The position numbers and the translations under genes are program-made. Below the pieces are notes generated by a model. It had not been told where the DNA came from. It made no database searches and saw only the letters and a list, made by a program, of their open reading frames with translations. Source: Candidatus Poribacteria bacterium (GTDB lineage Bacteria > Poribacteria > WGA-4E > PCPOR2b). From it: 64,000 bases of DNA. This document shows, in pieces, positions 20,709 through 30,035 of this stretch (position 1 is its first letter; each line of letters starts with the position of its first letter). The stretch covers positions 2,720,001-2,784,000 of the forward strand of contig OZ244042.1 in assembly GCA_965215015.1 (NCBI GenBank), in the 5' to 3' direction.

Positions 20709-20947
20709 TAAGGTGTAAATAGGTTGAGCGAGACAAGCACGCACCGCATCTCTGATAATTGAGGTTTGGCTTCAAACCAACTGATGCCTGTCGAAGAACA
20801 GTGGTGTTCTATGCGGAGAAACGCTCACAATACCAATCCAATACGATTCCGTTGGGCAATTGCCTGGCGTGCCATACACCTTTCAACACCGACCCATTGC
20901 TTGATACCTCGATGATACCCTTCAATTGACCAAGATAACTCGGCATA
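20709..20947 (-). pseudogene. IS701-family transposase C-terminal remnant
   Basis: WSIEGYHRGIKQWVGVERCMARQAIAQRNRIGLVL*AFLRIEHHC...GISWFEAK, then a frameshift to IIRDAVRACLAQPIYTL. Confidence 0.75.
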
Positions 20948-21052
20948 AGGGTTTGGTGAATGGAGTCAGGTGCTGTTGCACGACAGTGTTGGTTATTTCC
21001 AGTTAGGGGTCAAGTATGGAAACTCGCCCTACGGGCTACCTAGCAACTTGCG

Positions 21053-22426
21053 TTAAGGCCTTTCAAAATACCGTTTAACCGCGCCCTTATGACGCGGCAG
21101 AACGGTTTGGGTGAAGGATGAACCCCCCCCAGCGGTCGCGCCGCTGAGTCCACCCGATTCCGGTGGAACGCTAGAGGTCTTGACCGATGGTGCTGCAATG
21201 CTAAGTCTCACGAGTTCACTGTCTTCAAGAGAGGCGATATCTGATAGCGGGAGAGCTTCCGCTTTGAACTTCGCACCCTCCTCTGTGGTGCCATCGCTCC
21301 AAGTCATGGGTGCATGGCCGGGACCGCGACCGATGCCTCGACACCACCCACCGATACATTGGACGATGGACATACTATCTGCGTTCTCGGCGAGAAATGC
21401 AGCAAGTCCATCACTATTACACTCTCCAAGTTTCTCACACGCTTTGAGCGTTTCCAAATCAATCAGGTCGACCTCATGAAGCTTCGCCAACCGGTCGTAG
21501 ATGTCGCTTTTGGTAAAGCGTAACGCAGCGGCAATTTCTTTGAGTTGCTCAAGGGTGAGTGAGATCGCAGCGTCCTGCAGATTGGGAAGCTGTGCTGCGA
21601 GCAACGCATTCTCTTGCGCCGCATCCTGAACCAATCCAGATAACGCTGCCATCGACTCGGCCAAAAGCACTGCATCCATCTCCGATCCCTCGTTTATCAA
21701 CCCCTCGGACAAGGTTTCCGCTTCAGTTAGGCGCTCCGTTTCGTTCAGTGCTTCTTGTGCAGCGTCTGTTGACTCTTGGGAGAGAATGTCTGCTAGATGG
21801 TCAAGGGTTTCCCATGTCTTGACCGGATCTTCGCCCGAAGCCTCCGCTTGGAGTTGAGCCAGTTTTTCTTCAAGCGTCTCAGCTTCGGCTAACTCGATAA
21901 TCTCCTCCTCTTTGAGGGCATCGATCCCAGCAGCCAACTGTTTCACCTCTTCACGAATGTTAAGGGGGTGTGCCTTAGAGATCTCCACAAAACGTTGTGG
22001 TATCAGAAAACTAATACAAACGAATAGAACTGCACCTGCAAAACGTGCCCAAGAAACGCCGCCGTACCAGCGCAAACGAGGAGTATGAATCAATGGCATC
22101 TGTTTTCGCCAGTTACCCAGTTCCACTGTTTCTGCCGCCATCATCAGCCCACCGGCACCACTGTGTTTATCAAGACTAGCTCGGAGGGCAGTTCGTGTCG
22201 GAATTTGACGCAATGCTAACACAATCGCGCAGCCGATGGCGAGTATCAGACCAATACCCCCGACTAATAGGGGCACACGAGGCATCCCAATCGCTGCACG
22301 GAGTATAATGACAACCGTCCCCCAAACAAGCCCCCAAACAGTTACCACAGCGAGTATCTTCTTGAGAATTAGGAGTGCCGCCACTTTGGTCCTGAACTTA
22401 CGGATTGACTTATTGTCAGTGTTCAT
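21053..22426 (-). CDS. Membrane protein with coiled-coil region, first gene of the MoxR cluster
   Basis: AGGAGG RBS before MNTDNK; three TM helices, acidic helical region, C-terminal LPRHKGAVKRYF. Confidence 0.82.
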   Translation of the reverse strand: MNTDNKSIRKFRTKVAALLILKKILAVVTVWGLVWGTVVIILRAAIGMPRVPLLVGGIGLILAIGCAIVLALRQIPTRTALRASLDKHSGAGGLMMAAETVELGNWRKQMPLIHTPRLRWYGGVSWARFAGAVLFVCISFLIPQRFVEISKAHPLNIREEVKQLAAGIDALKEEEIIELAEAETLEEKLAQLQAEASGEDPVKTWETLDHLADILSQESTDAAQEALNETERLTEAETLSEGLINEGSEMDAVLLAESMAALSGLVQDAAQENALLAAQLPNLQDAAISLTLEQLKEIAAALRFTKSDIYDRLAKLHEVDLIDLETLKACEKLGECNSDGLAAFLAENADSMSIVQCIGGWCRGIGRGPGHAPMTWSDGTTEEGAKFKAEALPLSDIASLEDSELVRLSIAAPSVKTSSVPPESGGLSGATAGGGSSFTQTVLPRHKGAVKRYFERP

Positions 22427-22455
22427 GAAAACCCTCCTGTTAAGGATATAGCATT

Positions 22456-23012
22456 TTGACATACTCTCAAGCCTAAAGGCTTGGGATTCTTACCTTTAGA
22501 CTTAGAATTGTGCTATCAGCTTGGTCTGCTTCCGATTTATCAGAGACTGACGACCTCCCCTGTAAGGATAGACGTCCCTATCACGTCTTGCAACGATTGA
22601 CTCGGGAGCAGATTCCAATGGGCATAGCGGAGAAGTCTTTTCAACTGTGTTAAGTGTCGCCGGGGTGCTGTCTTACCCGAATATTTGCCATAGATACGGT
22701 AGCACCGACGGCATAAGGCTGACGAAGTGATTCCACACCTCTGCATGGACGTCAATCGCTTTCTGCAATTCACGATTGCTATGATGAGTATACATTTTGA
22801 ACTTGTAGGTTTTCATCAGGTCTCGCTTTCTGGCTCTCATATCCTGTGTCAAAGGATGGGGGAAGCACCACCGAGCCGTGGTGTGACACCTGCCTACGAA
22901 AAACAAGGAAAGTATCTCATATTTCACAGACAAAATCAATAAAAATCTGCTAAAGCGAGTGTGTAACCCCCACAGGTAAACCTTTGGGGGTTAATCCTAA
23001 AGGAGACTATTG
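22456..23012 (-). mobile_element. tnpB: Internally deleted IS200/IS605-family element (tnpB remnant)
   Basis: Left hairpin taacccccaaaggtttacctgtgggggtta; TnpB N-terminus MKTYKFKMY...WNH...HWNLLPSQSLQDVI (frameshifted) fused to C-terminal GTSILTGEVVSL; right end GAAT + hairpin cccaagcctttaggcttgag + TCAA. Left boundary approximate. Confidence 0.85.
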
Positions 23013-23084
23013 CTAAGGAAATTGCCGTTATGATTATCGTTAATAACAGGGCACAGTGGGTACATGCATACAATTTCCAAAATT

Positions 23085-23486
23085 TTAGTGGTCGTGAGAT
23101 CCATCCTCTTTGCGTGCTGACGCGATTCGTAAAACGTGCCCATCCAAGTCTTCTACTCTGAATTCGTATGCCCAAGGATAGTTTATTGGCTCCTCTCGAA
23201 TCTTTGCACCGCTCGCTTTGTATTCCTCATAATATTCCTCCGCATCCTCAACACCGATCCAGAGCCATGTGCCCGGGTGCCCCTGTCCATCCTCACAAAG
23301 CATGATGGAGTGGTCATCGCGTGCTACACTTCCTAAATCCGGCGGATCGCCCCAATCCCATTCTTTCCTGAATCCGAGTACGTTCACATAATAATCAATA
23401 CTCGCGGAGAGATTCCTGACATTTAGAATGGGTATAATGAGCTCCACCTTGGCATCTGCTCCCTTTGCCGTGGTTGTACTGGACAT
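23085..23486 (-). CDS. VOC/glyoxalase/bleomycin-resistance family protein
   Basis: SIDYYVNVLGF and PWAYEFRVEDLDGHVLRI motifs; AAGGAG RBS. Confidence 0.9.
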   Translation of the reverse strand: MSSTTTAKGADAKVELIIPILNVRNLSASIDYYVNVLGFRKEWDWGDPPDLGSVARDDHSIMLCEDGQGHPGTWLWIGVEDAEEYYEEYKASGAKIREEPINYPWAYEFRVEDLDGHVLRIASARKEDGSHDH

Positions 23487-23532
23487 CTGAAGATTCTCCT
23501 TTCGTTACCAAATGGGTAAAATCAGCTTAATG

Positions 23533-23982
23533 TAACGCAAGTTGCTAGATTCTGTTGACATTTGAAAAATTGAACTCCTCTCCATTCCGAGGGGCCTCAA
23601 TCTGATAGACATGAGGCGATTTGGGATTCGGTAAGGGCAAACCTTTGTGGTTGCCCTGTGATCTGGGTGCTGTCGATGTCTTGGGCAGGACCCCCTTTAA
23701 TCCCCCGCAGGCGGGGGGCCTACATTTGAGCGATTTTCCAAAACCGAAAATACCGAGAATATTGCACTACAGAATACCAGACACTATGGGGCGATAATCC
23801 TGGCTCAATCCGCCCGGAACATTGCACGAGAGTCCGGGGGTTTTGTCGAGATATGAATATCGAGGTGCAGGTATTGGATCAGGTGACTCGCATAGGATTG
23901 ACAAATCTACCGCATATCCACAAATATGGGTTGGAGATGTCTATCCAAGCCGATCGGGTCTATCAACTAGCAACTTAGGTTA
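23533..23982. mobile_element. MITE-like element, family A
   Basis: taacgcaagttgctag...ctagcaacttaggtta; taatgta is repeated at both junctions (possible target-site duplication). Confidence 0.7.
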
Positions 23983-24332
23983 ATGTAAGAATAATGAGAC
24001 ACAAGACAGGGAAGAAATGCAAAATACTTCCTTTCGGAACGCAACACGAAACACTGAATTAACGTTAAAATAATTATGGATACACAAATGTCAACGAGAA
24101 ATGTGCGATAAAGCCGCGAACAGCTCACAGTCCATCATGTCAAGCTCGGGTTAGAAATTGCTAGACGGTTCACTACGATTAAGTTGCCGAATCAGATTAA
24201 CTTCGTCCGCTGCTTTAATAAAAAAGAGTGAAGACGCGTAGAATTGGCAAGTTTCTTGCATCTTTTTAGATAACGAAAAACTTGTTAATCAGCTTACAAC
24301 AGAACTTTGAAAATTGTAAAGGAGAAATACAA

Positions 24333-24530
24333 ATGTCTAAACATAAACAGGAAGCGGTAGATGAAACCGAGATTCTACGGCATACGGTCCTATGCTCTCC
24401 GAACCATGATGAGCACCTTAGGGAAGAACTAGAAGAAGCGAAAGCTAGCTCTAGACGAGCGTCCCTCGTCGCCTTATCAAAAGTTGTAAATAAGGCTTTC
24501 ACAGGTTGGACAATCAAGACCCAGAGATAA
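24333..24530 (+). CDS. Small hypothetical protein (65 aa)
   Basis: AAGGAG RBS before MSKHKQ; no recognisable motif. Confidence 0.35.
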   Translation: MSKHKQEAVDETEILRHTVLCSPNHDEHLREELEEAKASSRRASLVALSKVVNKAFTGWTIKTQR

Positions 24531-25060
24531 GCGTAACAGACGCCCTGCTATGCTCAAAGGAACCAACCGAAAAGAATCTTGGCAATTCTGAAAATTCTTC
24601 AACCTCGGTTGATTCCAACCATTGGTACACTAAAAAGAGGAATTGCAATAAAGAGGGAAGTAGGGAAGGACTTCAGCTATTGACCGGATGGAAAGAGGAA
24701 TTAAAAAATCAACGAGACTATGAGTTTCCGCAAAAACTCGACAGGTTTTAACGATTCTCCTGACGAAAAAAGATCTGAGGTACGGAAAGCTTGCGCCATG
24801 TGCAATATGAATCGGGATACCTCAACGATTGCCCCAACAATGAATGGAGTGAGAGCAAATAAAGTCATTGTTACCTCACATTTTATCTTATTTATTTTGA
24901 CAACTGTCCTGACACAAAAAAGGATGACAGGGAGTCTGCAGATCGATAACGATAATATCGTCTATCCAGTTTCAACTGTAATCTAATAAAAACAGAAGTA
25001 AGGCTCGAAAAACTTCTAGACCTCACCTGCTCCGCTGCGTCTAACATTTTTAATTTTCCT

Positions 25061-25230
25061 TAGGAGTCACGCACTTGAGTTTGGAAGCGCGCTCCGCGTG
25101 CCATCCCCCTGCTAAATACCCGGTGGGTTATCCGTCAGTTCCTGCCTCATTGAACCTAGAACGGTCTGATACCGTGTGGGTATTCGGGATAGAGGGGGGA
25201 CTTGATGAACGTTCAACTGCGTAAGTACTA
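25061..25230. mobile_element. MITE-like element, family B
   Basis: taggagtcacgcacttgag...caactgcgtaagtacta; tttcctt occurs at both junctions. Confidence 0.7.
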
Positions 25231-25237
25231 TTTCCTT

Positions 25238-25326
25238 CTGATGTTAAGACAAAGGGCAAAGAAACCGAGCTCTTAAAAAAACTCGATTTTTCCAAGCATC
25301 TCTGCACTTTCTTTTAACATGAGTCT
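25238..25326. repeat. Family C about 90-bp repeat (left copy)
   Basis: Aligns over its full length with the reverse complement of 26457-26547. Confidence 0.8.
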
Positions 25327-25353
25327 CCTTTTTATTTTCCGAAAGGTTATCGT

Positions 25354-26382
25354 ATGCGTGTAAAATGTATAATTGGTGTATTTATACTAATTGTCATGAT
25401 AGGTAGTGCTGCATCAGCACAGGACGAGGTGGGAAAATTGGTCTTTGCCATCCGCAAACCGTTGGAACACCGGGACGGTTTCCGAGCGGCAACGAGGACT
25501 CTAGAAAAAGGTCGGGGAACAGCCAAATGGTGGGAATTCTATCAATATAATGTCTGTACAATGAATCCGAACGGAACAGATTTCCGCCAACTCACGGACG
25601 ACGGAGTTTCGCGCAGACCTCGATGGTCACCGGACAGGGAGCACATCGCCTACATATCCGGGGTTGATGGATCGGAATCACTCTATGTCATGCGGAGCGA
25701 TGGCACTGAGAACGAGAGGCTCGTCAAGAAACAGCATCGTATCCACGATTTCTGGTGGTCTCCATTAAGTCACGCGATTCTCGTTGTGGTTGAAATTGAC
25801 CGAGCAAAGGATCGGCTCGAAAATTGGGTCGTAACGATTGACGGTAAATCGGCAAAGCGATGGAGAACCCGCCGGTGGGCAGAGGGCTGGCTTCACTGGG
25901 ATGCAAAAAGCGAAAAGGTCAAAGAACCGAAAAACAAACTGATTGCAGCGTTGCCGGAAGGAATCAGATGGCCCAAGTGGTCCCCGGATCGCAAATGGAT
26001 CGCGTTTAAGACGGATGAGTTCCTCGCGTTGGCAGAACCCGATGTCGTCGGTGTGACCGGATCGTGGTTCCTCCAAAATGACGAGCCGCCGTGCCAAAAG
26101 ATAGAGGAGTGGTCCCCGGATGGCAAGCAAATACTATTTTATACGTCGGGCGAAATCTGCATCGCTATTGTAGAGAAGGGACGGTTTAAGAGCTACCTAA
26201 ATCTGAGCCGTTACAGGGGGTGGGATGCAACGTGGCGTCCGGACAGCAGTCAAGTTGCATTTATCGGGGGCGATACGGGCGGACGTCGAACCAGCGAAAT
26301 CTTCACCTTAGATGTTGCAACAGGCAAAATGAGGCAGATTACCTCGACCAGTCATGATTATTTCGATCTGCATTGGCGGTAA
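25354..26382 (+). CDS. Secreted TolB-like (PD40) beta-propeller protein
   Basis: Signal peptide; repeated WSPD motifs. Confidence 0.85.
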   Translation: MRVKCIIGVFILIVMIGSAASAQDEVGKLVFAIRKPLEHRDGFRAATRTLEKGRGTAKWWEFYQYNVCTMNPNGTDFRQLTDDGVSRRPRWSPDREHIAYISGVDGSESLYVMRSDGTENERLVKKQHRIHDFWWSPLSHAILVVVEIDRAKDRLENWVVTIDGKSAKRWRTRRWAEGWLHWDAKSEKVKEPKNKLIAALPEGIRWPKWSPDRKWIAFKTDEFLALAEPDVVGVTGSWFLQNDEPPCQKIEEWSPDGKQILFYTSGEICIAIVEKGRFKSYLNLSRYRGWDATWRPDSSQVAFIGGDTGGRRTSEIFTLDVATGKMRQITSTSHDYFDLHWR

Positions 26383-26456
26383 TCTGGGAAAATCTGTAGG
26401 AGAGAGCAATCCTGTTCTGAACAGTTGGACGAGCTTGTGCAATAGTCATAACAAAA

Positions 26457-26547
26457 AGGCTCATGTCAAAAGAAAGTGCAGAGATGCTTAGAGAAACCGA
26501 GCTTTTTCGGAAAAGCCCGGTTCCCTTGCACTCTGTCTTAACATCAG
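26457..26547. repeat. Family C about 90-bp repeat (right copy, inverted)
   Basis: Inverted copy of 25238-25326. Confidence 0.8.
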
Positions 26548-26568
26548 CGAAAAAAAATAGAAATAGGA

Positions 26569-27012
26569 ATGATGAAACACTATAAACATACTCAGATTGG
26601 TTATCTCCTGCTCACCTTGTATAGTATAGTGGTATTGTTTGTAGGTTATTTAAATATTATGACGGATTTTCACCCGTTTGCCTTGACCGGTCTGATCATT
26701 ATCCTAATCGTGCTTTGGATATTTACCCGTTTGACGGTGACAGTTGATGATCGGATGATTAAGATTCAATTTGGGTTGAGAATTATCCGTAAGGTTTTTT
26801 TGCTGAAAGACGTTGAGGCACACCGTGTGGTTAAGAATCCTTGGTATTACGGTTGGGGGATAAGATTTACGCCTCGGGGTTGGCTTTTCAACGTTTCTGG
26901 TTTCTCAGCGATTGAGCTGCGGATGAAGAATGGAAAACAATATCGAATAGGGACAGATGACCCCGATAATTTAGCAAGAGCACTTGACGAAGCCGTAAAC
27001 AAGGAATCTTAG
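26569..27012 (+). CDS. Two-TM membrane protein with PH-like C-terminal domain
   Basis: Two TM helices, GWGIR and IGTDDP motifs. Confidence 0.8.
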   Translation: MMKHYKHTQIGYLLLTLYSIVVLFVGYLNIMTDFHPFALTGLIIILIVLWIFTRLTVTVDDRMIKIQFGLRIIRKVFLLKDVEAHRVVKNPWYYGWGIRFTPRGWLFNVSGFSAIELRMKNGKQYRIGTDDPDNLARALDEAVNKES

Positions 27013-27462
27013 CAATTTCAACCGTTGTCTCAACGCAGTGCTGTTATTTGATTGTGCGATTATTATTGACGGTATAATCGGCTAAGCATTGTGTGTGCTT
27101 TCGATGGCAGCCACATATCTTTGTTTTTGTCTAACAGGGTCGGGCACCCTCGGATATAGGTCTGCTGCCCGTAACCTTGCAGCCAGTTCAGGAGGGGCTG
27201 GATTTGTATTCTAGATCACGTCGGAGCTGTCGATAGTAACGGTAATGGTTGTAAAAATGCACGTTTTCTACACCAAACGCCAAAAACATAGCATATTTTA
27301 GGCCCCTTATTTTGCTACCACTATGCAGGATGCGCGGATCAAATTCGATATTACAGAATCATCGCGTTTATATGGCTTTTTTTTAACATTTCACACAAAC
27401 GTATCCGTTAGCAGCCTCCGAATAGTTATACCCCTGTCCGCGAACGATCGAATATTTTGCGC

Positions 27463-27491
27463 TTGATCTAAATTGGAGGGCGTTGTATAAT
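27463..27491 (+). promoter_or_regulatory. Putative sigma70 promoter
   Basis: TTGATC-17 bp-TATAAT about 105 bp upstream of the PhyH gene. Confidence 0.6.
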
Positions 27492-27595
27492 TATTTCATT
27501 CGATTTAAGCTGTTACCGCCGAACACTTCAAGTTGAAAATTCTTTAATCTTTGTTTAACGAAACAAGGATTGGAAGTGAGGGAGGAGATAGTCAA

Positions 27596-28738
27596 ATGAG
27601 CACAAATAAAATAGAAGGTGCAGCGACAATGGCTGATTACGTTCAAGAGGGTGAACGGATGGCTTATGAACTTGGCAATCGGGGGCCCATCCGATTTAAC
27701 TCCGATGGTACGCTACACAAGGACATCGCGGATGCCTATTGGCGTTGTGGGTTCTATATATTTGAAGGGGCATTGAGCGCGGAAGAACTCAAAGACCTAC
27801 AGGAGGATTTTGAGCGCGCGCTTGACCGAGCACCGCACACGAGGGATGCAAAGGTTGATTCAAAGGGTAGACCCGCACTTGGGGCGGAGTTTACGCGATC
27901 CAGTTTCAATTTTGCAAAGCCGTTAAGCGACCCCGTAGGCGGGACATCAAGAAACAACGGTCGCCATCCAGCCAAGATGAACGAGCCCACCCCACCCACT
28001 GACGCCCCGGACTTTGTGATTACCTCTATCTCAGGACCGCTTCAACTGATGGACTCCTGCTTAAGGCTCTATGGTCACCCGCAGCTACTGTCCGTTGCAG
28101 AGCAGATTAACGGGCCGGATTTCACCCCATTCACTGAATCCATAATTGTCAAGCCACCGGGGTTGGGGGCATCTGTGGCATGGCATCAGGACGGAACCAA
28201 ACAGTGGGATCTGCCGGATTGGGACCAAGGCACCCACGGGTTCAATTTCATGGCTCAGCTATACGGCAGCACTGCAGCCAACGGGGTTTGGGTGCTGCCC
28301 GGATCGCACAAACGGGGCAGGCTCAACATCAAAGAGATGGTTGAAGCCAATAACGGTTCTGACCGACTGCCCGGAGCCGTACCGATGGTGTGTGATCCGG
28401 GCGACGTTGTTATGTCCAACCGTCAAGCACTGCACGCGTCTTTCCCAAACACTTCGCAGGACTGGCGGGTGACCATTAACTTTGGGTTTCACCGTCGATC
28501 ATCCGTTATCAACCTTGAAACCACGTACGGTGAGGAACCGGTGATTTACGATGATGAACGTGTCTTTGAAAGGTCACGTTTGATTGCTGTAGGTATCGAC
28601 GCGCGTCAGCAGCGTTTCCCCCACGAACCTCGCTACGTTTACCAACCCATGGTTGGAATGGAAGCCGCCAATCAGTGGAACGAAGCAACAAGACAAAACA
28701 TCGTGAAAGACTATAACTTGAGGGACCTTGGCATTTGA
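27596..28738 (+). CDS. Phytanoyl-CoA dioxygenase (PhyH) family protein
   Basis: WHQD, NGVWVLPGSH and LHASFPN..R (HxD...H triad); GGAGG RBS. Confidence 0.9.
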   Translation: MSTNKIEGAATMADYVQEGERMAYELGNRGPIRFNSDGTLHKDIADAYWRCGFYIFEGALSAEELKDLQEDFERALDRAPHTRDAKVDSKGRPALGAEFTRSSFNFAKPLSDPVGGTSRNNGRHPAKMNEPTPPTDAPDFVITSISGPLQLMDSCLRLYGHPQLLSVAEQINGPDFTPFTESIIVKPPGLGASVAWHQDGTKQWDLPDWDQGTHGFNFMAQLYGSTAANGVWVLPGSHKRGRLNIKEMVEANNGSDRLPGAVPMVCDPGDVVMSNRQALHASFPNTSQDWRVTINFGFHRRSSVINLETTYGEEPVIYDDERVFERSRLIAVGIDARQQRFPHEPRYVYQPMVGMEAANQWNEATRQNIVKDYNLRDLGI

Positions 28739-28780
28739 GATATACGGGACAGGAAAACAGAAATGTAGGAAAGGTATAAG

Positions 28781-28808
28781 GATACGGCAACAATTTCGTT
28801 GCCGTATC
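28781..28808. terminator. Hairpin between convergent genes
   Basis: gatacggcaac-aatttc-gttgccgtatc, an 11-bp perfect stem with weak U tracts. Confidence 0.55.
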
Positions 28809-28824
28809 TTATCGCTATCGGGAG

Positions 28825-29622
28825 CTACTTCACGGACATCCCCATACGTCCACCATCGACATGGAGGGTAGTGCCGGTGATGTAAGAGGCGTCGTCGCTA
28901 AGCAGGAAGGCGATGGCGGAAGCGACTTCTTCTGGTTGTGCACGGCGTTTCATAATACAGGAAGTTATCGGCGTTTCTTCCAATTCCCTTTTCCGTGCCT
29001 GTGGATCTGGGTGGTTGCCAAAGTGCATCTCCGTAACGATCCACCCCGGCGCAACGGCGTTGACTCGAATACCATAGTCAACAAACTCATAAGCCATCGT
29101 CTTGGTGGTTGAAACCAGGCCCGCCTTTATCGCATCATAGACCCATTGTCCCGGTCTGCCGAGAAAACCGCCCTCGGATGAGAGATTGACGATAGCAGCA
29201 CCTTCCTTTTTTAACATAGGCAATAGCACCTGAGTCATCAGGACCCAGCCTCTCAAACCGATCGCCGTTTCCGGATCCCAATTCGCCAACCAACCCCCAT
29301 CCTCAATGCGCCCCTGTCTCAAGATAGCGGCATTATTCACCAGAATATGAAGTGCAGGGAATTGTTCGGCAACAGCACGACCAACCGATTCAACGGCTGC
29401 ATCATCTGCCAAATCGACCTCCATATAGGCCGCAATACCGCCGGACTGTTCTATTTCTGTGACCGCCTTATTTGCCAAGTCTCCATTATTGTCCGCGATG
29501 ATGACCTGTGCACCTTCAGCCGCCAGACGGTTTACCGTTGCTCTGCCGATACCTGAAGCACCACCCGTTACTAAGGCGATTTTATTCTCAAAACGTCTCA
29601 TGCCGTATAAAATTGATGACAT
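28825..29622 (-). CDS. SDR family oxidoreductase
   Basis: TGGASGIG, NNAA, YDAIK and VDGG motifs. Confidence 0.93.
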   Translation of the reverse strand: MSSILYGMRRFENKIALVTGGASGIGRATVNRLAAEGAQVIIADNNGDLANKAVTEIEQSGGIAAYMEVDLADDAAVESVGRAVAEQFPALHILVNNAAILRQGRIEDGGWLANWDPETAIGLRGWVLMTQVLLPMLKKEGAAIVNLSSEGGFLGRPGQWVYDAIKAGLVSTTKTMAYEFVDYGIRVNAVAPGWIVTEMHFGNHPDPQARKRELEETPITSCIMKRRAQPEEVASAIAFLLSDDASYITGTTLHVDGGRMGMSVK

Positions 29623-30035
29623 ATTGAATCCTCCCGGTTGACAAACCGTTCACGCCCCGTGATAGTCTTCGCTCATTGGTTCATTAGTACTAGAACCTAC
29701 GCACTTCAGTAAAGCATACCGATCGGTGTTCCCTACGAGCTCCTTAATGGAACCCGTGTTGTAGCTGCCCGATGGATCGGGAGGCGACAGTTCACCCGAC
29801 AGTGGTATGCCTTAATGGTAAGTTCGTAGTAGCGCAATTCATTGCGCGTAAGGCATTGGTTCATTAATGGACTTCTGAACCAATGAACGCACGACTACTG
29901 AACGACATCGGGTTTCCACCCATGGACACAGCGATAGCAAGGATGTTCAAGGGACTAGCGGTTACGCACTACCTTTACCCCACCCTAGCCCTCCCCGCAA
30001 GCAGGGAGGATGTTCAAGGAGCTAGCGGTTACGCA

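Noticed and set aside
27236-27410. Possible further MITE with imperfect inverted ends
   Set aside because: Single copy in the window and a weak IR match, so there is too little support.
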